From assembly GCF_006345805.1 (NCBI RefSeq), contig NC_043016.1:9610001-9674000 (forward strand): 64,000 nucleotides of DNA, written 5' to 3'. Of this stretch, positions 37,693 to 47,949 are shown one piece after another. Every line of letters starts with the position of its first letter. The first letter of the stretch is position 1. Below the pieces are notes generated by a model. It saw only the letters and a list, made by a program, of their open reading frames with translations, ran no database searches and was not told where the DNA came from. The translations under genes were made by a program, and so were the position numbers. The DNA comes from Octopus sinensis. Lineage: Eukaryota.

Positions 37693-38995
37693 ATTCTTTT
37701 TATTGGCCACAAGGGCTGACACACATGATTAGAAAACATAAAGGGACAAAACAGGACGAAAGGTTACAAAGGGTTTTGTCCGTTTGTGAAAAAATCGTGT
37801 AAAAACAGTGTAACAATCAAATAATATAACAACGAAAAACTCCCAATAGGGGGCGGCGTTACGAAAGGTTCCTGGTCGAAAAACCCATAAAAGCCAACGG
37901 GAGTCTGGTCAAAAGGGGGTAGAGAGCCTCTTTCTCCTTTTACAATACCCTTTTCAATTACAGGCGAAACCTGAGAATTGGTCCATTTATACTGGCCATT
38001 CTTGCACAATTCACCCACCTTTCAGAAAACTTGCTATCAGGCAGCACTCTCCTCTCTAACCTCATCTTCCTTTTCAAGTGAAACTTGAAAAAGTTGATGA
38101 GGCCTTGACCAAAGAGGAAAGTGTCTGACTTTAACCCTTTCAAACGGGTCCACCATACAACCTCTTTCGCCACAGCCACTAGGCACAGGAAAACGGCCTT
38201 GCCCTCCTTGTTAAAGGAGGTCGGCGGGCAATCTTCACGATGGATTCAGCTGATAGCCGGATCCGTCCTATACGTGACAGTAGCTGTTCGACATAAACCC
38301 ATAGTTCAGCAATACTCGGGCACTGGACGAGTGCGTGCAGAACGGTTTCGTCGTCCTGGCAACACCTCGGGCCGGTAATGTTTATCCCGAACAGGCAGAG
38401 CCCCTCGGTAGCACTGCTAGGCGAGCGACCTCTGGAAATTATCCATTGGCCCCGGCCCGAAAGTCCTTCCAAACAGACTGCTCAGTTCGTTATTATCAAT
38501 GCCTAGAGTATCCCCGAGAACGTCGTCGCATCTTTCCTCCACTAACCCTCTATAGAACGCTAGAGTGGAACTAAAACCGATCGCATTGCCCGCTTGGCGG
38601 AGGGCGGAGAGAGCTTGACGGCCCTCGAGGTGCCAAGTGCCCTTTCTCGGTCTACGTTTGATCCAGGTCTGCAGCTCTGTCAAAGAGACGAGCTGCGGAA
38701 AGTCGCATCTGACAAAAGACGACCACACCTGTTCACAGTATAGGAAACGCTTGAGATGTCGCAGCCTGAGCGCATGTCTGCGCATCAGTAACCACAGCAT
38801 GCCAAGGCCTCCGTTCATCGGTTGTTGACAGCAGATGGACCGCCTGACCAGTGGTACCTGACCCTTCCACAAAAAGTCGAAGAGCAGGCGTACCAGCTTG
38901 GCCAACCAGCGGTCGGGACAAGGGACGACGGTCAAGCGGTAATAGACCGTCGTCCCTTGTCCCGACCGCTGGTTGGCCAAGCTGGTACGCCTGCT
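37693..38995 (-). mobile_element. 5'-truncated L1/Tx1-clade LINE (ORF2 C-terminus + 3'UTR)
   Basis: RLLFDFLWKGQVPLVRRSICCQQPMNGGLG; zf-RVT PRCCQDDETVLHALVQC; stop near 37958; about 265-bp 3'UTR ending AATAAA; (AAT)n on both sides. Confidence 0.85.
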
Positions 38996-39205
38996 GAATA
39001 ATAATAATAATAAATCGGGCGATCTTTCGTTACAAGAACACACGACTGCTAGTTACAAACAACGTGTGTTTATTTACATTTGTGAAGTTGATAGTCGATT
39101 TCTGTAAAGAATTAAAAATTTTTTACATATGGGGGTTGGGGGGTAAATAGGATCTTTTGATGTTGGCGTGAATTGGAAGATTTGATGTGCGTACGTGCGT
39201 GTGTA

Positions 39206-39247
<42 letters not shown>

Positions 39248-39517
39248 TGTGTGTGTGTGTGTTTGATGGGGTGTGCGAGACAGAAAGTGTGGTGTGTAAG
39301 TGAAGTGCTTTTGTTAGTGTGTGTAAAGAGACAGAGAGAGTAATGTTGCTGTTGTGTGTGTATGTGTGAGAGAGATAACATTTTTTTATTCACTTTTTGT
39401 AGTGAGTGACTGAGAGAGAAAAGGGGAGAGAGAGAGAGAGAGAGAGAGAGAGACGGAGAGAGGTTATGTATGTATGGCTTCAGTGACACACACGCACGCT
39501 CGTTGTTATGTGTGTAC

Positions 39518-39548
<31 letters not shown>

Positions 39549-39781
39549 GCTTCAGTGACACACACACAAAAACACCTATTGCATGCCTTTCGAGAGAGGA
39601 ATGGGGATCTTTTCCTTGGAAATTATGTTACAAACTGCAGTTCAAAAGGAAAAGATCCAGGGATGGTTGTTTTTATTGTTTTTACTTGTTATTTTCATAT
39701 ATGTTTATGGCCCATACACACACACACACGCACACACGCACACACATACACACACACACGCACATACACACGCACACACAT

Positions 39782-39814
<33 letters not shown>

Positions 39815-40139
39815 CACAAACTCACACATAAACTCACACACGGAACGCCAACTTCTACATTAGACAAAAAAAAATTAAAACAATATCTATGAATCTGATC
39901 ATAAAATCGCCAACAAACACAAAACTCAAAGCACGCACACACACGCACACATACACACACACACACTTACACACACGCGCGCGCGCACACACACACACAC
40001 ACAAACGGAACGCCAACTTCAAAAAAAGAACTTCGTGCTCTATCTGTCTGGCTTTTACGCCGACTTGAAAAGATACCCTTCCCCCCACCTCACCCCCACA
40101 CATATATAAAAAGATAAAAATTTTACGGAAAGTGACGAT

Positions 40140-40426
<287 letters not shown>

Positions 40427-40460
40427 ACTTTATTTAAAAGCAGCAGAAATTCATCAAAAC

Positions 40461-40498
40461 CTGTTACTCGGAGTTTCACGTTCCCGTTCGTCGGACAG
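40461..40498 (-). ncRNA. Minimal type I hammerhead motif (family B, CCGACGA core)
   Basis: Minus strand CTGT-CCGACGA-ACG(GGAA)CGT-GAA-ACTC(C)GAGT-A-ACAG: all three stems pair, GUA cleavage triplet, only U4 is non-canonical. Confidence 0.6.
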
Positions 40499-40625
40499 TT
40501 TTGTGAAACTCCGAGTAACAGGTTTTGTTGAATTTCTGCTGCTTTTAAATAAAGCATATTACTCTACCTCTGGTATTTGAGTACTCTTTTTTTTTCCACC
40601 TTGTTTCACATTTATGTGTTTACTC

Positions 40626-40666
<41 letters not shown>

Positions 40667-40696
40667 CACATGCGCGCGCATACACATAGATAGATG

Positions 40697-41427
40697 GGAT
40701 CTTTTCGGTTTGAACGGCAGTTTGTAACAATTTCTAGGTAACTAAACACTTTTAAACTTCGTATACTGGTAGAATGTGTTTACAAAACATCTTTTTCTCT
40801 TGGCTTTATTGAGAAAATTCTATAGTTTGTAAGATATTTGTTGTTTTTTCTTCAATTTCAACCAATCACTGACATCTATTGGGGTAAAAAAAAAACATTC
40901 TGTGCCGTATGAATATGTCCCTCGTTTAAGAAACAGATTAGGTTTATTTACATTTCTGAAGAAAAAAAAAAAGATACCCTTCCCCCACCCCTAACCCTAA
41001 CCCTAAAACAGATTGAAATGCAATAGATCGATACTAGGGTCGTAATTATGGGTGACAATTTCATGACACCGCTAGAAAAAACTGCCGTTCAAACCGAAAA
41101 GATCCTCTTTTTCTTTTGGCTTTATTGAGAAAATTCTATAGTTTGTAGGATATTTGTTGTTTTTTCTTCAATTTCTGCAATTTCAACCAATCACTGACAT
41201 CTATTGAGGTAAAAAACATTCTGTGCCGTATGAATATGTCCCTCGTTTAAGAAACAGATTGGGTTTATTTACATTTCTGAAGAAAAAAAGATACCCTTTC
41301 CCTCCACCCCTAACCCTAACCTTAAAACAGATTGAAATGCAATAGATCGATACTAGGGTCATAATTATGGGTGACAATTTCATATGACACCGCTAGAAAA
41401 AAACTGCCGTTCAAACCGAAGAGATTC
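40697..41427. mobile_element. Merlin-like MITE with tandem duplication of its 3' half
   Basis: TIR as at 22516; right TIR appears twice (about 41105 and 41427); TSD gatagatg/gatagatt. Confidence 0.8.
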
Positions 41428-41566
41428 GATAGATTACTTGTCTTAAGTAATAATATTCGAAGAACAATTTACGAAACTACAAGACTACATCTGTTACGAA
41501 ACTAAAGTTCTCAATTCAGTATTATAAATTGCTTCCTGCAAACACCTCAAGCACGTGTTGTCAACA

Positions 41567-41663
41567 ATGGCTCAAGGTTCCTTGAAAAGTAAACTAAAAG
41601 TCCCCAACATGAAGAATAAGCAAAAACACGGAGTGAGGAAACAGTCCATGAAAAAGCAGAGAG
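41567..41663 (+). CDS. C19orf53: C19orf53/UPF0390 (Leydig cell tumour 10 kDa protein homolog) exon 1
   Basis: caacaATG GCT CAA GGT...; MAQGSLKSKLKVPNMKNKQKHGVRKQSMKKQR-G; family-typical MAQG start and Lys-rich; phase-1 donor GTAGAA at 41664. Confidence 0.8.
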
Positions 41664-42629
41664 GTAGAAGAAATATTCTGAACATTTTGGTTGTCTTTAA
41701 ATTTTGTAAAATTTACTGAAAATGTATTTTGTGTACAAATACAATCTTCTGAGATTTATTATTGCTTTATAATTGAATTTAACATTTATTCCGCCCCTTT
41801 TTTCCCCCCTCTTAGTAACCGAACCTTAAATATAAGTTAGAGATAGTTAAGATTTTATCGGGTATATTTTGGTGGCGTAGCCGTATTTTATCTGCAGTTA
41901 CGTTCTGAGTTCAAATTCCGCCGAGGTCGACTTCGCCTTTCATCCTTTCGGGGTCGATAAATTAAGTACCAGTTACACACTGGAGTCGATATAATCGACT
42001 TAATCCGTTTGTCTGTCCTTGTTTGTCCTCTCTGTGTTTAGCCCCTTGAGGGTAGTAAAGAAATATATATTTTGGTGGTGGTGGTTATGTTGGGAACATA
42101 AGAGACGGAATTCTGCTTTACGCACAACCCTTAATTATGTTTTGGAATTTTCAGAAAATTTTTGCGTATTTGTATTCTTCACAGCGAAATTCATTCACTT
42201 ATGCAAAAACCAAAGTTTAAAATAAAATCTGCGTGATTTAAGGGGTATCATATAGCTGTTATTTTTAACACATCTCATGTCCACCACAGGCCCTCCTCGT
42301 TTGTGTCTGACGTTTTGAGGTTTTTCAATGTCTTTCTGCTCGTAAGCACACAATTACAACAGGTATATAGCCCATTTGTTTGTATTATAGTGCATTGTAC
42401 CATTCAAAACGTTTTATTCTTTAACCCATTTAGGTTAATATAAACATCTTCACCCGTTAACAAAAAATATAAACATCTTCACCCGTTAACAAAAAAAACC
42501 CTCTTTATTATTTTTTTTTGCGAAATACGGAGTTTATGATTCATGTGTGAGTGTGTGTTCTTGATACTCGTTTAGAACAAGTAGTTTTACACCAATTACA
42601 CTATTTTTTCTTAGTTTAAAGGCCGTGGA

Positions 42630-43060
42630 CTGAAGATGTGAAATTTCCGAAGCCTCTCCCCCACCCCCCTTTCGCGAGCGCGCATTTTTTTCATGATAGT
42701 CGTTTTGAGCAAGTTGTTTTACACCTATTACGCTGTTTTTGTTTTTGTTTTTGTGCCCGGTTCAGACGCTTTCGGAAATTCCCGATATAATATTCCGAGG
42801 CCTCTCCCCCACCCCTCTTTCGCGAGAGCGCATTTTTTTTGTCATATTCGTTAGAGCAAGTTGTTTTACACATATTACACTATTTTTTTTTTTGTTTTGG
42901 TGCCCGGGTCAGCCCCTCAGACGCTTTCGGAACTTCCCGATGTGAATTTTCCGAGGCCTCTCCCCCACCCCCCTTTCGCGTGCGCGAATTTTTTTTTTCA
43001 TATTCGTTCATAGGAAGTTGTTTTACACCTATTACACACACATTTTTTTTTTGATTTTCT
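42630..43060. repeat. Tandem repeat of about 150 bp, 3 copies, in C19orf53 intron 1
   Basis: Unit tttccgaggcctctcccccacccccctttcgcg..gagcaagttgttttacacctattac..cagacgctttcgga. Confidence 0.7.
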
Positions 43061-44052
43061 GATATTTGTTACGCCCTATATTAACCCCAAATTCTTCTAA
43101 AGTTCGAAAAAATTAACCAAATTTTTTCTAATTCGAAAAATTAAAGGAAGTTTGGTTAATGTTTACATTTTGACCATTCCAGTGTATTTTCTGGATTTTC
43201 ATTTCCTCAAGATGTAAACATTAACCGGAATTTTTGTTTTTTCGCAGTCTTGTGAGTTTATGTGTGTAAAATACAAAAATTCGCAATTTTTTTTTCTGAA
43301 AATTTCAAATGATAGAGAAGTTGAGTGGTTTTCTTCAAAAGCCTTTTGTTAAGAAGATTGCTTCCCAACATAGTCTCGGGTTTGGTCCCACTGCATGGCA
43401 TCCGGGTGCCATGAATGGGTGGACTTGGCAGATAATACACAACGGGCTTCTTTCAGTTCCCATCCGTCAAATGCACTCACAAGGTTTGGTCGGCAAGGAG
43501 CCTGCCCCAGGTGCCATGGAGTTGGATTGAACCCAGAACTATTTGGTTACAAAGCAATTCTCTAACCGTACATTCCCACCTGAACTTATACTCTTTTACT
43601 TGTTTCCGTCAGTTGACTGCGGTCATGCTGGAGCACCGCCTTTTGTCGAGCAACTCGACCCCGGGTCTTATTCTTTGTAAGCCCAGTACTTATTGTATCG
43701 GTCTCTTTTGCCGAACCGCTAAGTGACGGGGACATAAACACACCAGCATCGGTTGTCAAGCAATGCTAGGGGGACAAACACAGACACACAAACATACACT
43801 CAAATATATATATATATATACGACGGGCTTCTTTCAGTTTCCGTCTAACAAATCCACTCACAAGACTTTAGTCGGCCCTAGGTTATAGTAGAAGACACTT
43901 GACCAAGGTGCCACGCAGTGGGACTGAACCCGAAACCATGTAGCTGGTAAGCAAGCTACTTACCACACAGCCACTTCTGCGCTTATGCTAATGATTTTTT
44001 TATCCTTCATTGAGGAAATACTATATTTTTTTTAAAATTTACTTCTTTGCAG

Positions 44053-44108
44053 GACGATATATTCAACCAAAAAATGCAAAGGTTAAAGAGAATGAAAAAT
44101 TGAAGCTG
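44053..44108 (+). CDS. C19orf53: C19orf53/UPF0390 exon 2
   Basis: Acceptor cttctttgcAG, donor GTGAGT; 56 nt encoding (G)RYIQPKNAKVKENEKLKL, comparable to human GRVIAPKKARVVQQQKLKK; phases 1 and 0 fit the neighbouring exons. Confidence 0.88.
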
Positions 44109-45789
44109 GTGAGTTTTGTTTCGATTCATTTGATGACATTTTATGATTTATCTTTTATTTTTCATTTTATTTGGACCCTTGGGGATCCATAATAATATTT
44201 TGTTGTTAAAATTTATTAGCAATAATAAATTGGTTATACTTGTAAAGTGTTTTAACAATTTTTTTTTTTTTCATACAATTACTAATATTTAATTATGAAA
44301 ATATAACGGGATTTTATTTAAACATTGAATGGTTTGTGGGGGTCCACTTGAGTAAAACATGAATCAGATGGCACAAAAGGATTGAAAACCATTTATCTAT
44401 GTAGTTGCTTGACCTGCTCAATGAAGTTGCCAAAACTCTTAAAGGAAACAAGGACGGAAAAACAGACGATGTTACACGAATATAAATACAATAATAATAA
44501 CAGGACATAACAACAGGTGTCTTTTGACTGGAGACGAATTGAATTCAGTTGGCGTGTGTGGAAATGAAGCCTTACGTCAGAGATACAAAACTTTCACAAA
44601 CACAGGGAAGAATATCAATGTGGCAGTGACCACAGTCAGACGCAAAAAGAAGGCTAGCAGTCTAGCCTATTGGTCGCATGAGAAGAGAGAGAAAAAGAGG
44701 AACAAGAGAGAGAGAGTTGTAGAAGCAGATGGACAGAAGAATTGTATTTATATTCGTGTAACATTGTCTGTTTTTCCGTCCTTGTTTTCATATACATTCA
44801 ATGCTTTCTTCCAAAGAATCTAATGCTCTTAGCTTAGTTTTTCCTTGGGGCTGGCCGGATTGAAGCAATCTCAAGATTAATCAGCCGAAATTGCGAGGAT
44901 GATCCGGTTCTTGACTGAGGATAGAAAACTTCAAATGACCCGTCCTTGTTTATTTTGTATCGTCTATCTGGATGTTTTGTGTTCTTGTCCCATTTTGCAT
45001 TTTATATATATATATATATGCTCACGCACATGAAAAATGTTTTCATATAACCAAGGTTTTTTTTTATAATTTTACTGAAGACATACTGGTGTATATATTC
45101 ACATGGTTTAATCTGTCATACATATAGGATTTTACATATGTTATATATAAAGAATTTTACATACGAGAAGTTTTTTGAGTGGATAAATTTTTGTGCTGCT
45201 GTCAAATGGAAAGCACATGTTAAACATTGATGATGATGATTGCAGTCAAAAGGTTTTCTTGTAGAAGAAATATGTGTATGTAAATATATATTTTATGAAC
45301 ATTTAGCAGAAGTAACAGAGTGACTCAAGGTCCAAGACTTGTGTGTTGACACTTACCAAACTACTAAAATTTACATATACTATATTTCTTGTTTGCACCA
45401 ACATACCTGTGTGTATGTATGTAAGTGTATATATATGTGTTTGTGTGTGTCGCCAGCTTAATTTAATACGTCCTTAGTCAAAAGACACCTGTTATTAATG
45501 TCCTTATTTGTATTTTTGTACTATTTCTCTTTTTTTTTCGTCCTTGTTTTCATATACATTTGTTGCTTTCTTCCAAGGAATCTACTGCTCTTAGCTTAGT
45601 TTTTCCTTGGGGCTGACTAGATTTGCAAACAAAATCTGGAACTCGACTGAAGAAAGAAAACTCCGAATGACCCGTCCTTTTATGTATCATCTCTGGATGT
45701 TTCGTTGTCCCTTTTTTGTATCCTCTGTCTGCATGTTTTGTGTTCTTGTCCCATTTTTGGTATTCCTATATATATATATATGAATTTAA

Positions 45790-46010
45790 CCCTTTAGTGT
45801 TCAGATTATTCTGTTAACTGTAATACTTTTTCGCTCAAATTGTTTTGAATTAATCATGCATTATCTTATAGCTTTGAGGTTTCAATGATGTGATTGGTTA
45901 TTTTTAGAATGTCAATGTAGGTTAGGTGTGAGAGGCTAGATATGGCCAGTTCAAATATAAAACATGTAGAGAATTTTGGGCCGGATGTGGCCGGTTTAAA
46001 CACTAAAGGG
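45790..46010. mobile_element. piggyBac-type MITE in C19orf53 intron 2
   Basis: TTAA|CCCTTTAGTGTT ... AACACTAAAGGG|TTAA. Confidence 0.85.
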
Positions 46011-46224
46011 TTAACTGTTTTGCATTTAGATTGTCAAATATAATGCTTATTTATTCACATTTTTTTTGTTTTTTAAATTATGCATTTTCATGGTACTGAG
46101 ATTTTCATGATGTAACTTTATTTTTGGAATGATGTAGGGTAAGCATAAGAAGCTGGATCTGGCCAGTTTGGATGAAAAAATGTCAAGAACTATCAATTAA
46201 ACAATAATTATATTTCTATTCTAG

Positions 46225-46374
46225 TTTCTGGAAAAAGAGATCAAGACCAACATTGAAAATGAAGTATCATCCGTGGCCATTTCAAATGAAGCAAAGAAGT
46301 TTCATATTGTGAAGTTAAGTAAACAAGCTGCTGGAAGAATAGAAAAAAAGAGGAAACAGAAAGGCAAAAAATAA
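46225..46374 (+). CDS. C19orf53: C19orf53/UPF0390 exon 3 (terminal)
   Basis: Acceptor tttctattctAG; FLEKEIKTNIENEVSSVAISNEAKKFHIVKLSKQAAGRIEKKRKQKGKK*, comparable to human NLEVGIRKKIEHDVVMKA...KKLALLK. Spliced CDS is 303 nt = 100 aa plus stop. Confidence 0.85.
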   Translation, partial: FLEKEIKTNIENEVSSVAISNEAKKFHIVKLSKQAAGRIEKKRKQKGKK

Positions 46375-46376
46375 GG

Positions 46377-46382
46377 AATAAA
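46377..46382 (+). terminator. Candidate polyadenylation signal of C19orf53
   Basis: AATAAA 2 nt after the stop codon, followed by T-rich sequence; AT-rich context makes it weak evidence. Confidence 0.3.
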
Positions 46383-46434
46383 ACTAAAAAAAAATAATTT
46401 ATAATTTTGATTTATATTATTATTATTATTATTC

Positions 46435-47365
46435 ATACTGGCTGGACATTTGTTGTATTGCTTGTAAGTTTCTGTTTATTTGTATCTCCAAAAGTTAATC
46501 GTTTGTGTTAGAAAATGCGTGTTGAAGCCACCAGTATTACATAGACCTGGTTGGTTTGTTTGTGAGTGTCCCTTTGGTGGATCAGATTTGAAAAAAATTT
46601 TCATTTTGTTTTGAAGAAAAAATAATTTCAAAAACAAACATGGCAATGTCCAGTGACGGTGGGTGGGAGGAAGTCAGAGGTAGTTCTGATTGAGAGTTGT
46701 AATACACATCATGTCCTCCACCTTCAACTGTCAAATGGAAGGTGAGATGGACACTCACCAAGTCCAAAGTGTAGTAGACCATACTACTATGAGGTTAACT
46801 GCAGTGGCAAGAATGACAGTGCAACGCCGGAATTTTAACTCCAACTATGAAATTGACTTCCACACCATTGAAAGCAGCAGTATCACAGGCATCAAACAAA
46901 AGTGATGTCATCTTCACCACCACCAGCACTGCAACAACAACGATTATGGCAAAAGGTAAAAACAGAAACAACAAACCAGAGCAGCACAAATGGCAGCAGT
47001 GTTTCCTATATGGATTGCAATAACAACAACAACAACAGCAGTACATTCACAGCAACTGTTGCTAAAGTTAACTGAACTGTATATGGATATCCTACAAAAA
47101 AGATGCACATCTGGCCCAAGCTGCCAAACTCATCAAGTTCAAAAACTGACAGAGTGACGTTGCTCCCCTTCCCTGACGTGTTAGCAGAAACACAAAAATA
47201 TATGTAATATAGAAATGCTTTTCCATAAACACAAAGCAGCTCAAGACGATTAGTCAGACAAAGATAGAATTAGATTTAAGGATATATTGAAACAATCACT
47301 AAATTTCCTACAGCTTAATATAATGTCTCGGAGAAAGTTGTTGCCTAGAGATCAATCTGAGGGGC
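46435..47365 (+). pseudogene. Degraded L1/Tx1 5' region/ORF1, copy 1
   Basis: Paralogous to 47950-50090: MSSTFNCQMEGEMDTHQVQSVVD vs MPSTFYTQMEGKASTHQVQSSVD, and QKDAHLAQAAKLIK vs QKDICLIQAAKLLK. Confidence 0.55.
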
Positions 47366-47369
47366 TTAA

Positions 47370-47579
47370 CCCTTTTGTTACTGTATTTATTTTGAGATGC
47401 TCTGTGTTTCTTTTAATTACTCTAAATATAACAAAGAATTTATTAAAATAACTTAGTTATCATTCATCCAGTGTTAGGAATGTAAATTGTGACTAAGGTT
47501 TGGTGGAAGATTTTAATTCAAAACTTATGAAAACAAGACATTTGTACTCAGAACCAGAGCTGGGTTGGTAATGAAAGGG
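47370..47579. mobile_element. piggyBac-type MITE
   Basis: TTAA|CCCTTTTGTTAC ... GTAATGAAAGGG|TTAA. Confidence 0.85.
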
Positions 47580-47949
47580 TTAAGGATATGTTGAAACAAT
47601 CACTAAATTTCCTACAGCTTAATTTAATGTCTCGGGGGAAAGTTGTTGGTTGGAGATCGATCTGAGGGGCTTAAAATGTGTGATGTGTCTAAACAGTTTG
47701 AGTTGAAGAAACAGAACAATAAAAGAACTGTACCCTGCAATCAACAGACATTTGCCTAATCTCAAGAAAATCAAAATCTTCATTGTCGCCATTGTGACTT
47801 CATAGCAAAATACTCTCCTGGACCCAAATTACATTCACAAATCCATCATAAATAGATGCAGCTATTTTTTTTTCTTCCATAAATCCATTCCTTCACACAC
47901 TTCTATTTCAAAATCAATGGTAGTCACCATTATTATTATTATTATTATT

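Noticed and set aside
44840-44950. CTGAGGA/CTGAAGA motifs (also 45640-45680) as hammerheads in an inverted-duplicated repeat
   Set aside because: The GAAA and cleavage-site positions do not fit and the stems are unconvincing.
45125-45255. Possible extra exon (ILHMLYIKNFTYEKFFEWINF.. / ..NIDDDDCSQK|gt) in C19orf53 intron 2
   Set aside because: No frame has an acceptor, open reading and donor together; exons 2 and 3 already join in phase with the expected length.
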